Shown one piece after another: positions 13,531 to 26,730 of a stretch of DNA of 64,000 nucleotides. Below the pieces are notes generated by a model. The model did no database searches. It was not told the origin of the DNA and saw nothing but the letters and a program-made list of their open reading frames with translations. The position numbers and the translations under genes are program-made. Source of the stretch: Mobula hypostoma (taxonomy: Eukaryota); NCBI RefSeq assembly GCF_963921235.1, contig NC_086097.1:219792001-219856000 (forward strand), given 5' to 3'. Every line of letters starts with the position of its first letter. Position 1 is the stretch's first letter.

Positions 13531-15239
13531 TGCAACAATTTTTATACTTCGGAAGCAAAATACTTTGGAGCACTGAGGTAAAAAACTGCCATATAGATTC
13601 ATTAAAAAAAATATTTTGATCTCATTGCATAGACAGAAACTTACTTATATCAGTCCCAAATAGGCCATTTTAGTAATTTATAGTTAAACTATGCTGCTTA
13701 GAATTAAACAAAAATGTTCATCTTTTTTAATTTCATGGATTATTTTGTGCATTGGTAGCAAAATTTCAGAGTTGCAAAATGTATTTCTCTGAAGTTTGAA
13801 TATTTTCCCTAGGTCATGATGACTAGTTAGAATGGCACAGAAAGTCTAGTCTGTTCAGAAACTGAATCCTTGGAGGGCTGACCTAACTGGGGAGCAGCAA
13901 ATACCCTACCCTCTTTGTTTTTCTCCTCAAGTGAGTCTTCATCTACAAAAGTTTAAGTACAGATTTGCATGAAATCTATGGATTATGAAGCAAAATTAGC
14001 AGAATCCAAGCTCAGCAATGTCACAGCCCAACAGGAGAAGAGGTATTAGAGCTAACTTTCTCTCACACCCGGTCCGCAAAGCCTTTGCAGGAACCTATTG
14101 TAGTTTAAGGTGACAACAAAAAGATATCAAATATGGGGAACAAATTGAAATTATTTCCAAAAGAACTCAGCTTCTATGCATTATAATCCTGTCTTCAATG
14201 AAATAATACATTTAAAGGCTGAGATGATTTTGATAAATTGATTTAGCTTGTCCCTTAAGGTGTTAAAATCTTGTTTTCTGACACTGTTAGGAGACATACA
14301 TTATCTGGAGGACGGTGAACTTTCTTTTCCATTCACCATATAAAATAATAAATGAAAGACAAATGTTATGGTTTTAATGTTAGAGTAATGGCGATGGTTA
14401 AAGCAAAGTTAATTTATAATATATTTTACTTTGGATGCTGGGCCAAAATTATTGGTATAATTTAAATTGAAGGATTGACAATGAATAGGATGCTCAGATT
14501 CAGCTCTTATAACTTCTATTACTTGACCCTCTTCTGTCATCAGTCATTTAATCTCCTTTATATCTTATACAGTGCCTATACAATTCCCTACCACTTAATT
14601 ATAGATCAAGCCTGCAGTGATCTTGTCACATTTGACAGTACTTCATCCAGGCCATTATTGTACATTTCTGTAATCATAGATTGTCCTGACCTGCAATGTC
14701 ACTGGCAATTTACAAAAAGCTGAAATGAATGATTCTATACTCAAATTCTTATCAGAAGCAGATTTTGTATGATATCTCATACATTTTACTGAAGAGACTT
14801 CAACACAAATAAAGTGGTGGAAGTGTCATCCAATCTGGTAAATATGTTCAACAACTTCACAATGGAAGTGTCCCACACAGTTCACAAATGATAAATTAAA
14901 GTGTTTTGTTTATCCTCATGATTGCCAACAATTGCACGTAATGACTGATCATGACACTGACTTTTTAATTACTTAATCATCTACAATTGAAAGAATGAAG
15001 GCATTTTGTTCTTTTTAAAGGTCCATGTGAACGTGGCATAATGATCTTTTCTTTCTGTTTAAAGACCTGAATGAAGTTATGGATATCCAACAGAGGTTCA
15101 CAATTAGATCCTATGCATTGAGTCCCACTGGGTAATTTTATGTTTTTAATATGAAATGTACCAGACAAAAATTAGCGATTTCATTATGCGTGCAGTTAAT
15201 ATCTGTGTGTCAGAGATGTCATATCAAGCTGGAAAAAGA

Positions 15240-15715
15240 GTCAGAATCAGGTTTATTATCACTGACAGAAATCTGATGGATGCGGGGTGGAAGTTGCTCT
15301 TAAATTGTTGAGTATGAACCTTTAGGCTCCTATACCTCCTCCCTGATGGTATTAAGACAAAGAAGACATGTCCTGGATGGCGAGGGTCTCTAATAATGGA
15401 TTCCACTTTCTTGAGGTGCTACTTGTTGAATATCTCCTCACTGGCAGGGAGGGTTGTGCCCGTATTGGAGATGATTGAGTCTACATCCCTCTGCAGCCTC
15501 CTGCAGTCCTGTGCGTTGGAGCTCCATACTAGGCTGTGATGCAACCAGTCAGAATGCTCCCCACAGTACCTCTGTAGAAATTTACAAGCGTCTTTGATGA
15601 CATACCAAATCTCTTTAAACTCCTAATGAAGTAGAGCTGCTAATGTGCCTTCTTCATGATGGCATCAATGTGTTGGGCCCAGGGTAGATCCTCTAAGAGG
15701 CTGACACTCAGCACG
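15240..15715 (-). mobile_element. Rex1/Babar LINE 3' fragment
   Basis: ORF SIIRDPRHPGHVFFVLIPSGRRYRSLKVHTQQFKSNF and CTGATTCTGA tail. Confidence 0.8.
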
Positions 15716-16859
15716 CCAGGCTGCATAAGAGGAAAGAGAAACAAAGTTAATATCCCAGGTCTAAGACCTTTCATCTGTCCTGAAGAAAAGTGAATTGTTG
15801 TACTTTCCATGGATGTTGCTTGCCCTGCGGATCAATTTTCGGTATTTTCTGCTTTTATTGCAGACTTCTGCATCTGCAGCTTTTCATGACATCAAGCATT
15901 TCTGACCACTGCCACCATTTGCAAAACTTTATACCCTCTATTAACTTTGCATGTTGAACAGGAGGGATCCCAGATCAACATAATATAACATGTTAAGTGT
16001 GATTAACTATTTGTGGGCTAAATACTAACTACTTCCTCCTAATTTCCATGACTCTACAAATATCTGGTACTTTGAATAATTGCTTCCAGTTGCAAACGTC
16101 TGCTGCTGTGACGTGCTTAAGGTTTTTTGATGGTCTTAAGGCATCTTTGTAAACTAGTTGCTCCCCAGATGTAAGTGTATTAATGGACATTCCCCATGGA
16201 ATGTACTAAGTTTAGAAGAACGAGCAGAGGACATGCAGAGCGGACACGTTGCATAAGAGGATTGTGGAATAAAATTTCAGCAGGAAGTCTTCTTCATCCA
16301 TAGAGGTTAAAGAGTGATCCTCCTTCCTATACCGTGAAGTTTATAAGCGTATGCATCTGTCTGCATTTCACTGCGCATTTTATATTTAATTATTTCAAGA
16401 GAGGTTCTTCTCGTTCCCTTTAGGTAGCTTGCTAAAATTCAGGCTTGTTTTTTTTCTTCCCACACAATATTTGGATGGGGGGGGTGGTGGTGGGAGAAGA
16501 AGAAGGAAGGCAGAAAAGAATAGAAATAAGTATAGAGTAAACAAAACTGCCAGCAGTTTGTGTCTTTGTCATTGGCATTTCTCTTTGAGCCAGGACTGGT
16601 TCCCGAGCTAGATGGTATTAGTAGAGATTTGCTCAGGTGTTTCCAGACTGGTAGAGTACAGTCTGATTGGAGCAGATGGTCTGTATTGTTTCATGGAACC
16701 CTGTTTACAGATAGTTTGTAGGTTTATGAGGAGGAGACTTTAATTTCTCGAGGGCCCGTAGGTCAGTTCGTTTTGAGAAATGGGTCAAGTTACCCTACAT
16801 GCAGTTCGTTAGCTACGATACAAGGCAGGCTTGGAATCAGCAAGGATGGGGAGATATTA

Positions 16860-17625
16860 GTCACAGGGATACAGCAATAGTTTTGTAAAGAGAAGGGAGT
16901 AATATTGCCTTCAAGCTTAAGCGTCTGGTGCAGGTCATTTCAACTTCCCTTCTCGTTCACATATAAACTTGTCTATCCTCAGCCTTTTCCACTGCCGTAG
17001 TGATGCTAAGTGCCACCTGGTACAAAACCTCATATTCTGCTTGGATAGCTCACAACTCGAAGATAAGAACATTGAATAGTTCTTTCTCACACCATCAGTT
17101 CACTCAGGTTCTCGCTCCTTCTGATCACCCTTTTGGTTCCTTCCTCCTTCATCAGTCCCGTTCCTGTTTGCATCTGCCCATTCACCTTTCTTTATCTGGT
17201 TCTGCCTGTCAACTATCAGAATCTGTCTCTACTCTCGACCTCCCCTCTCCATCTATCTGGTTCTATCAGCCCATATCCTCCCATCACCCTTTGAGATCTC
17301 TGTCTTAACAGTTTATGCACTCCCCACCCCCTCCTTGGTCCAGATGACCCTCATTCCTCCACCCTCTCATATCTGGTAACATCTATCTCTATCAGCCCCA
17401 GTCTCTACCCTCCCTTTGCCCTCCAGTTCCATCTGCCTAATTTTTGTTCTATCTGTTTTTCACCTTTCCTCTGCCTGTCACTGTCTCACCCCTCCATCTC
17501 ACTTCTATGTACAGGACACCCTCCCTGTGTACTCTCAGTCCTGATACAAGGTCTCCACTTAAAACATGGGCTTTCCCTTTGCCTGCAGTGATGTTCCTTG
17601 TCCTGCAGAATTCTTCCAGCCATTT
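16860..17625 (+). mobile_element. Old Penelope-like 3' fragment (GIY-YIG end, pyrimidine-rich 3' region, decayed hammerhead/tail)
   Basis: QNLIFCLDSSQLEDKNIE at about 17022-17075 resembles the PLE C-terminus EQHLIFRLGSLQP.GMNI. A CT-rich tract and CAGTCCTGAT...AAAAC at about 17536 follow. Confidence 0.55.
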
Positions 17626-17689
17626 ATATTTTGTTTCAATATTACTACTTCCTTCATTCATTCGTTCCCCCACTTGCCCCCTTCCCTAC

Positions 17690-18165
17690 ATCCAGAGAAG
17701 GTTCACAAAAATTCTCAGGAAAGAAAGGGTTAATATATGAGAAGCATTTGATGGTTCTAAGCCAGCCGTTGCTGAAGTTTATAAGAATAAGGGAGGATCT
17801 TATTGAAACCTATTGAATATTGAAAGGCGTAGATGAGTGGACATGGAGAGGATGTTTCCTACAATAGGGGAGTCTAGGCCTCAAAATTTAAGGGTGGCCC
17901 TTTAGAACAGAGATGAGGAGGAATTTCTTCAATCGGAGGGTGGTGAATCTGTAAAATTCATAGCCATAGCTGGTGTGGAGGACATGACATTGGGTATATT
18001 CAAAGCAGAGTTTGATAGATTTTTGGTTAGTAAGGGTCTCAAAGGTTACAGGGAGAAGGCAGGAGAATGGGGTTGAGAGGGATAAAAAAAATCAGGCAGG
18101 TTGGAATGGTGGAGCAGGTTTGATGGGCCAAATGGCCTGTTTCTATACCTCTATCTAACGGTCTT
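17690..18165 (+). mobile_element. CR1 LINE 3' fragment
   Basis: IQRRFTKIL...IREDLIETY homology, FRTEMRRNFF, and a GGGCCAAATGGCCT tail hairpin. Confidence 0.8.
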
Positions 18166-18647
18166 ATTTTACTGCTATCATCCAGTATTTACAGATGGCA
18201 AGAGTTAAAAATCAGTCTACTAAAAAAACTGTGGGGTGTTTTGGAAACATACTTGCAGTAGGGATTTTGTACCTCAGCAGAGCACCAGATTCTAATTTTC
18301 TATTTACTTAATGACCCATTAAAAAGCTACTTGCTGTGTTTGTCATGCCTTATGTTCTTTCCCTCTGTCACAAATGTGTATGGAGTTTGCTTGTTTCATT
18401 TCAATTTGGGTTTAACTCATGCTCCAGTCAAATAATCAATTGAGTTCCTTGAACAGAGACCAGATTAGTTTGTTGATTTTCTTGCTAATTACTACATTGA
18501 TAAGATATAATTTGCATCTATAACATCTCCACACATTTATATCTGGGCAAACTGAACAATTGATCCAGAGAAGGTCACAGAAACCAGGGTGTTTCAACCT
18601 TAGAGGTTTGCAAAAATTATTTATGATTCAGGATTTTTCTTAAAAAC

Positions 18648-19197
18648 CTGAATCAAAATCAAAGTTCAATGTAAAATTTATTACCAGAGTACATACACGT
18701 CACCACATACAACCCTGAGATTTTTTTTCCTGCGGGCATACTTAGCAAATCTATAGAACAGTAACTGTAACCAGGATCAATGAAAGAGCAAGTAGAGCAT
18801 AGAAAACAACAAACTGGGCAGATATAAGTAAATAGCAATAAATAACGAGAGCATACAATAACAAGATAATTAATGCTTAAAGTGAGATCATTTGTATGGG
18901 AACATCTCAGTAGATGAGTGTAGTTATCCTCTTTTATTCAAGAGCATGATAGTTGGGGGTTAGTAACTGTTCTTGAACCTGGTAGTGCAAGTCCTGAGGC
19001 ACTTGTACCTTCTACCTGTTGGCAGCAGTGAGAAAAGAGTTTGACCTGGGCAGTGAGGATCTTTGATGATAGATGGTGCTTTCCTATGACAGCATTTCAT
19101 GTAGATGTGCTCAATGGTTGGGAGGACTCTACCCGTGATGTACTGGGCCAAATCTGCTAACTTTTGTATGATTTTCCACTCAAAGGCATTGCTGTTC
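18648..19197 (-). mobile_element. Rex1/Babar LINE 3' fragment
   Basis: ORF AQYITGRVLPTIEHIY...LPTGRRYKCLRTCTTRFKNSY. Confidence 0.8.
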
Positions 19198-19827
19198 CAC
19201 TTTTATGTGGACTTGCAGGTCATTGGGGGGGGGCAACATACGAGTGTTAGAATTTTAAGGAAAATACTGGAATGTTCATCTTTGCATCTCTTTACATTTT
19301 ACTGGAGAACAGGCAGTAGTACATTGGCAAGTCATATTCTCAGCTGGAGTTTTTTGTGAGGAAAATTTGACCGGGGGGGGGGGGAAGTTAGATCAAAACA
19401 AGAGGATTTTGGGAAGAGAACAATTCTTTGGTTTTGTTCTCAATCTGATTTTTCAGATGAATTTTTTTGTGTGATGTCATTGTGAGCCAAAGCAAATAGT
19501 TAAAAAATACAGCCTGTTAAAAACAGTAAGGACAATAATAAAGTATTAAATGTCGGGCTTTTCTCCAGATTTCAAAAGAAATCTGCCTGGTAGCAAGGGA
19601 CATTATTGTTCACGTAAATGAACAATCTAGGTAATTCAATGCCACAAGATGGTACTACACATGCTGTAGTTCCAAATTAGCCACAATAGGAAATCCTTCA
19701 ATGTATTAACAGTGTTGTTGATGTCATTACCAGTAAGATTATATGTTGTTCTCACTTCCAGTAGAACAAAGTAAAGGTATCTCAAATATTTTTTAAAAAT
19801 ATACGGCACAGGCTTTTATAAGACCTT

Positions 19828-20090
19828 AAGACACAGGAGCAGAAGTAGTCCATTCGTTCCATCAAGTCTGCCCTGCCATTCAATTATGCTGATTAATTTT
19901 CCTTCTCAGTTCCATTCTCCTGCATTCTCCCCATAACCTTACTAACTGAGTACCTATCAACCTCCACTTTATGACTTTGCCTCCATAGAAATCTGTGGCA
20001 ATGAATCCCACAGAGTCCGGCTGAAGAGATTCCCCACCCCTCCTTGTTCCTTGTATTCTGGGGCTGTTCCTTCTGGTCCTAGACTCCCCC
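19828..20090 (-). mobile_element. CR1 LINE 3' end with deletions
   Basis: GESRTR...RIQG homology and the tail AAGACACAGGAGCAGAAGTAG, also seen at about 6010. Confidence 0.7.
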
Positions 20091-23000
20091 GCTATTTTCA
20101 AATGTAGGCAGTTCATGTGTTTATTGGGATTTGCACTCCAGTCAAAGTGTACTTTTGGTTTTTCTATGTAGTCTAAAGAATAAAGGGTCTTTGAAGTGTT
20201 TTTGAAATGTATTTATTTGTTAAAATTGGAATACATCAGAATGCATGGGAAGTAGAACAGCGAGCCTGATGATTGCTATCAATGGAACCAATTTCATATC
20301 AAGGTATTCTGTTTGGATAAGACAACAGCATATAATTACAGTGCCATGCTGCCAGAATTACTGCAATACTGTGCATCACTGACTTGATTTCAGTGTAATT
20401 TCTTTTAGCTGCAGAGCCAGTGTTTGACATTCCATCAGTGTTTTGTTGTCAAATAAGTGCATAGGTTTCTGAGACTTGCTAAGTGCCAGAAGGCTGTCTC
20501 ATTGGATTCTGCACAAAAATACCGACATCCTTGTCCCTGAAGACAAGCACAGCACTTTGTCAGTGCTAATTCTACAGCTTTACTTCCTACTGCAGTAGGA
20601 GAATTGTCTGTGTCGGGATGTCAGGTTTGAAAAGGTCAGCACTGAATGGAGAATTGTTCAGGTTTGAGGATGAGTGATACGGATCTTCGTCTCCCACAGC
20701 TGAACAACTTCATCCCAGGTACCCCTGGCTTTCCTCCAGCTTGGAAATGATGCTTCAGGCTGCAGAACTGTACGGGTGATCTAAAGCTTTGACTGTGATT
20801 TGGCTGTGATTCTGCTTTCTTTTGCATTGTCACTGAGGTATGATTGTCTGGCATTTGTAACTACATACAGTGAGGGATTATTTAAAGTCATTGGTGCCAG
20901 TGTTTACTCAATGCAGTTAGAATAACTGCAGTAGTTGGATCAACAATATCTGCAAAGTTTGCTGTACAGTACTAAATGAAGGCAGTGAGGCCCAGCTCAC
21001 TCAACCACTGAGGTTGTTCACTTCCAGACACCCGGTTCATTTTCTGAAAGTAAGTGACACTGAAGATCCTATGCATTTCAATTTTTTCGCATTTTAATAA
21101 GTTGTGAGTACTGCACTGTTATTTGACAGACTTCTTTGGAAGTACGTACTATATTTTTGCTGAAAGTATTTCCCTATGTGACTGTCAAGTAAGACCTCTT
21201 GGAAATGACTTTAATGCTCTTAGATTGCTAATTTTGTTTTGGGTGTAGCCGCTGTGTAGGTTTTAAAATAGATTCATTTGCAGTGAGGGTTTGTTCTTGG
21301 TTTTAAATAGCATCAAATAAACTATGGCAGAAATATATTTAACTCTTTGAAGTGGTTTTTTGTACTAGTGTACTTTCATACATCTAATGTAAAACCGATC
21401 ACACTCACTGATAAGCAATACCATGGTGGATTGTCTGTGACTTTTTCGATCCTTGTGTCTTGAAATACTTTTAGTGCAGGTTTCTAGATCTTGCTTCGAT
21501 TGCTGTGCCCATTATTTAAGTAGTAGCTATACTGTGTAAAAGCTCCAGCATCAATCACTTAGCCTTCAAGTGCAAAACAGTTGCTTGACCACTGAAGCTT
21601 GTAGTGGTCAGCCCCGCAATAGCTGCTGCATGCAGTGTTACTTTGTTATGCAGTTGTAATAATAATGTGTTCCAGATTTTCAGAACATTTACAGACTTCA
21701 TTCTGTAAACCGTGCTGGTTTTGAAGTCCGAATAAAAAGAGCTGAAAGTAATGGGGAATATTCAAAGATGGGGGACACTTTTATTTTGCTGTTCTAAAGA
21801 ATCAGGTCACCTCTTTCAGTAATGGATTCTGCTGCAACTACACATATGCTGGCATCAATTTTTTTTAATAATGGTATTCTTAGTGCATGCTGTCTATTTT
21901 CCTTTTATTTAAGTAGCTTTGATCTCACAAGGCTGGCTGCTCTAATAGCGGCTATTCATACTAGAGCACAAGGACAAAATCCCAGGTGTGAGAACCCGGG
22001 CTTGAGATGAAACTCATTAAATGCTCATTTAGGCCATTTGACGGAGAATCTCATGTGCCATTTCCTAATTACTCGGCTTGCAAATGTTAAATTATAATGG
22101 ACTTCTGCCCTTCGAACGAAACTGGTATAAATGTGCACGCTGGCCTGAGTGCTCTTGTTAAATAGTCTTTCAGTAAGTCACTAATCACTTTGAACTTTGA
22201 GCACATTCAGATTTCAATGCAAAGAATTCTCAAATGTGTACAGCTGCCAGTGTGACAGCTGAATGCTGGAAATGTCAAAGTGGAGCAAGTTACCTTTGGT
22301 CTTAGGCCCCATCAATCAATTCTGAAGCAGTTAGATGGATTGTGGCTAAATCAGCCTCTCCCCTCCCCCTCTTGTGCATTCTAGGGCTCATGGACATAAA
22401 ACTATTTGGCCAGTAGGAGTTGAGGGAGCACTGATTATTGCATGTGGATGTAGGAAAGGGTTAAGGTATGTTTGATAGAGACTGCATGGGTCTTAAAATG
22501 ATGCATGCTCGACAAAACCTCATTACACAGTGAGTTCATGTAGATTGGATTATTGATAGGTGGAATTCATTTGGGAGTTTTGGTGATACAGAGAAAGATG
22601 ATCACTGTCACTTGATGTGTTTCTCCTGGAAACGATAGTTTCAGAATGTTTCCCACTGCATGGTAGGACTTCAGCCATAAATAAGTTATTTGTGCTTCTA
22701 TTGAGAGGACTGATATCGTGCAGGTGCATAGTTGGGTTTTTGCACTGAGTATTAAAAACCTTCTAAGAATTCCACTTACTACTCCTTTTCATAATATCAT
22801 TGTAGGTTTGTCAGGATAACTATAGATTCATAAAGTTCACATTTTGAGGAGAAATATGGATAAAGAAGGGAATTATTCAGTTAGTCATTCTGATCCTTTT
22901 AAATGTATTAATGCAAAACATATGTAGCCTATTTCCTGGCTTCATATTGGTTTTAGAAGCAAGTAAATTCTCTGGTGTAGCTTTTCACTGATTATTGTTG

Positions 23001-23334
23001 TGTTTTAGTGCCACAGCAACCTGACAAAGATTTTCTGTAACAGTTATTTTTGCAGTGTTTATTCCTGTTCCGTGTTTATTGCGTATTTTATATACAGCAT
23101 CTCTCGTCACAGCTCTTTAATAAAATGTTCATTTTCAAGGGCAGCTATTTTGTCATAAACTCCTGCACATGATTTCATTTTAAAATCTCTTTTAACCTCT
23201 TCAAATTTGGTTATAGGCAGCAATATATTGAAGCTGACTCGTCTCTAATTTGTTCCATCTTAATTACAGATCACTTGGCGACAGACGGTGAAACCAAAGA
23301 TACTTGCTGCTGTGTTGTCAAACATTCTGACATA

Positions 23335-23506
23335 ATGAAAATCTCGCCAGTTGTTCTCTTCTTGGTTGTGCTGAGTACCGAGCTGATGGGAGTCATTAGC
23401 TCAAGCTTAAAGCCACAGCGGTTTAAAGGACGTGTGCAGCGTGACCGAAGGAATATCCGACCTAACATCATTCTTATTATCACGGATGATCAGGACGTGG
23501 AGCTAG
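23335..23506 (+). CDS. SULF1: Extracellular sulfatase Sulf-1, first coding exon (signal peptide plus start of sulfatase domain, [19 protein letters not shown]...[19 protein letters not shown])
   Basis: ATG at 23335. The hydrophobic signal peptide is followed by the sulfatase [13 protein letters not shown] metal-binding motif. Donor G|GTAAG at 23506/23507 (172 nt, phase 1). Acceptor TTACAG| at 23269 gives a 65-nt UTR part, 23270-23334. VVLSTELMG resembles human SULF1 AVLGTELLG as I recall it. Confidence 0.93.
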
Positions 23507-24807
23507 GTAAGAAAGTTTCACCTGTGTTTGCATTCCCCCTCATCTCCTGAAGTCAGGCCTCCTGCTTTTAATTTGTCAGCCCTAGTAAATAGTGTAGCAA
23601 GGTTGTTTGACAATAGGGGGCACCACAACTAAGCTTGTATGTGCAATTCCATAAGGGGACACTGGAAAGTGATTAAAGGCAGCAACCAGAACTGCTTTAT
23701 ATTCCTTGACTTAGAGGTACTGAGGCTAACATTAGCATTCCATCTGCCACCTTGTTTTAAATCAGGGACTTATCAGCCAACTCAGCACGAATCAAGGATG
23801 TGTTCTTCGATTTACAATTGGCTAGACACACTGAGGGTAATTTTGCCTTGTGCAATAGCACGGAACTTGTGAGAGTGAATTAGCAAAATAAAACCCTTCC
23901 ATTGAAATAAAAATCAGAAGAATTTTAATGTGGATTGTTGATTTCCTTTTCCTCTCTTTACATCCTTCCTGCAATTCAGTATTGTCTCGAATGAGCCTTC
24001 AGGGAAGATGGAAAATAATTTCAGCCTTAATTTCAACTATTACGCAAAGGAAAATCAGAATAAGTGCAAAATAGGTATTTGTTATTGCTTGTATTTGTGA
24101 CAGGAAAAAACAGTTATAATATAGCATTTATACTTCCTTGACTTTCCTTTTTGTTAGATTTATAGAGAGGAACTAATTCAGGACCATGCACATAAAATAT
24201 CTAATTATCATAAAATCCTCACACATTGTATGTGTTTTCTTCTTGAACTTAACATGAGATTACCTGGAGTGTGTTGCCATTAAAGTTGACATTTATAGAT
24301 TTTGCGCTGTCCAAAAAATCAAGTGATATAGAGTTAGCAGAGGAAAATAGACTGACACAAAGGGTCAGCCGATTATACCGAATAGCAGTGCAGACGTGAA
24401 CAGCCGAATGGTTCACTCGTGCTTCCATTTCTTATGATCCTTCTAGGCGTCATTTACAGTATTTAAGCACAACATGCTGCCTTTTACCCAGACACAGAAC
24501 TTGATATGTTGATATTATTGTCCTCATCAATGCTGGAATACAATGCTTTACTCTTGACACTGGAAAGTTGTGGGCACTGATCCAAGTTCTCATCATTTTT
24601 AATATATTGTTGCATGATGATAAATTGCTACTAAGCAAATAGCTGATGTGTATACCAACAGTACAAAAATTAAAATATCTCATTCATCTGCTTTATATGC
24701 TTGGTGTAGATTTGGCCGATCAGCTTGGAAGGCATCGTTTGATGAATGTTGTAGGATGCCTACAATTATGTTGAAAGTGATCACGCTAGAGCAAAGGAAT
24801 AACATAA

Positions 24808-24947
24808 AATGCTGGAGGAACTCAGTGGGTCAGGCAGCATCTGTGTAGGGAAATAGATAGTTGACTTTTCAGGTTGAGACCCGTCATTTTGGACTGTCCG
24901 TTTCCCTCCACAGATGTTGCCTGATCATCTGAGTTCGTCTAGCATTT
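24808..24947. mobile_element. Fold-back Penelope pseudo-LTR fragment (inverted copy plus forward copy)
   Basis: AAATGCTGGAGGAACTCAG...GCAGCATCTGTGTAGGGAAA pairs with TTTCCCTCCACAGATGTTGCCTGA...TAGCATTT. A decayed hammerhead lies on the - strand between them. Confidence 0.7.
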
Positions 24948-24971
24948 GCAGTCATTTTATGTGGTCACATT

Positions 24972-25290
24972 TGGGCAGCGCAATAGCATATCAATTAGCA
25001 TACTGCTATTACAGCACCAGCTATATGATCAGGGTTCAATTCCTGCCGCTGCCTGCAAGGAGATTGTACTTTCTCCCCGTGACTGTGTGGGTTTCCTCCA
25101 GGTGATCCAGTTTCCTTCCACACTCCAAAGACGTATGGCTAGGAGTAGTGAGTTGTGGGTATGTCACGTTGGCATTGGAAACAAGACAACACTTGAGGGC
25201 TGCCTCAGACAATCCTCACTGATCTGATTTGACACAAGTGGTACATTTCACTGTATGTTTTGATGTACATGCGACAAATAAAGCTAATTT
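24972..25290 (+). mobile_element. tRNA-derived V-SINE (HE1-like). Related copies at about 12115-12420(+), 28815-29040(+), 31090-31380(-), 33285-33480(+), 37590-37840(-), 39520-39840(-), 46060-46280(+), 63790-64000(-)
   Basis: B-box-like GGGTTCAATTCC followed by the V-domain-like TTCTCCCCGTGACTGTGTGGGTTTCCTCC...CCACACTCCAAAGAC. The same core is visible in the listed copies. Confidence 0.75.
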
Positions 25291-25559
25291 TAATTTTAGT
25301 CTTACAGCAAAGACTAGTCTGGGTTGTAATACAGAGTTATGTGTAATCTTCAGCTGGTCCAGGCCTTGCTGGTATAAGTTGTGATGACTTCATAGTTAAC
25401 TACTTTGTTCATCCTACTTCAGATATGTTGGTTGTGTCCTGTGATTGTGATTACTTTGTGGAAAGCTGTATGATCAGAATGGGGTTTGCATGATCAATTG
25501 TGTACAGAGTCAAAGTGACCAAAGGAAGCTAGGGATCTGGATCCCATTAAAGGATGTAA

Positions 25560-26730
25560 TATCTTCTTCTTAGGAAGTCCCAGAGGATTGAGGATCTCTT
25601 GCTTCCATTCTGTAACGGCTGATGAGGCCAATATGGTAACTGTAGACTCTTCCACAGATAGTGCATGAAGTATCTTACTGAACAGGTGGATGGGTAGTTT
25701 GTGAGGTGGGCCTTCTATTTGCTGCTGATGCTTGGATTCAAAGTTTACTGTACCATTATGAATGCTCCCACTCCATCTTGAGCAGTCATGGGCCAGGGAT
25801 TCCCAGTCATTGTCATCACTGGGGAGATGGCATTTTTCCATGGTGACTTCAAACATATTCTTGAATTGTTACCTCTTCTCCTAGCAAAGCTTGAATTAAA
25901 GTGGTTGTTTTGGAAATCAGTTTTTAGTCTTGTGAAAGATGTCTTCCCAAAAAAACCAACAGTGTATGTCAGGGCTCAGTGCTGAGTGGATTTTCCTGAG
26001 AGAGGACACTGATATTGGTCAATTTATCTTTTCAGTGAATTTGGAGGGTTTCATGGTGATAGTATTAGTGGTAACTTTCAAGTGCATTGAGGTGCCTGCT
26101 GTATTGAGTTCAGGTCCCTGAAGCATATAGGAGAGGAGGCCAGTGGACAATGAAATTTATGCCATGTTTAACATTTTGATCTTCAAATACCATTTTTGTC
26201 AATTAACGAAACATTGTGCTGGTGCATTGAAAGTGATGATGAATTTCATCATCATTGTTTATATTTGCATTGCGTCTCTCTGTGAAACTTTATTATTGGA
26301 AGGCCATGTCATGCAGTTTGGATGGGAATGTTTTGCAGTGAGAGCAGATTTCTAAATGTCTTTCGTTCTGTGGATGCTGATTGTTGGAGCCATCCTCTAC
26401 ATAGTTCGGTGAACAAGTCAACAAGAGGCATAGAGGTTGGCCTGATGACCTTGGTTTTGGGACCCTTTGCAGCTGTCGGTTAAACAATTTCCCAATGTTC
26501 TGACAACACACATCAAAGTTGCTGGTGAACGCAGCAGGACAGGCAGCATCCCTAGGAAGAGGTACAGTCGACGTTTCTGGCCGAGACCCTTCTTTGATGT
26601 GTGTTGCTTGAATTTCCAGCATCTGCAGAATTCCTGTTGTTTGCGTCCCAAAGTTCTGAAGCAGCCTGAAGGCATAACCAGGATGCTCACAGAGGCACCT
26701 TGGATCAGGAAGTTGTCAAACGTTTTGGGG
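25560..26730 (-). mobile_element. Old RTE-clade LINE 3' fragment; a related tail lies on + at about 38710-38960
   Basis: DWESLAHDCSRW homology and the 3' end GGGACT(T/G)CCTAAGAAGAAGA shared by both copies. Confidence 0.6.
26504..26645. mobile_element. 142-bp Penelope pseudo-LTR insertion with 5' inversion
   Basis: 14-bp TSD TCCCAA(T/A)GTTCTGA at 26490-26503 and 26646-26659. 26504-26592 is inverted and 26592-26645 is forward relative to the copy at 540-665. Confidence 0.85.

Noticed and set aside
23275..23334. 20-aa N-terminal extension of Sulf-1 in the ORF track
   Set aside because: Starts at TTG just inside the exon. The ATG at 23335 gives a normal signal peptide and the conserved residue numbering.
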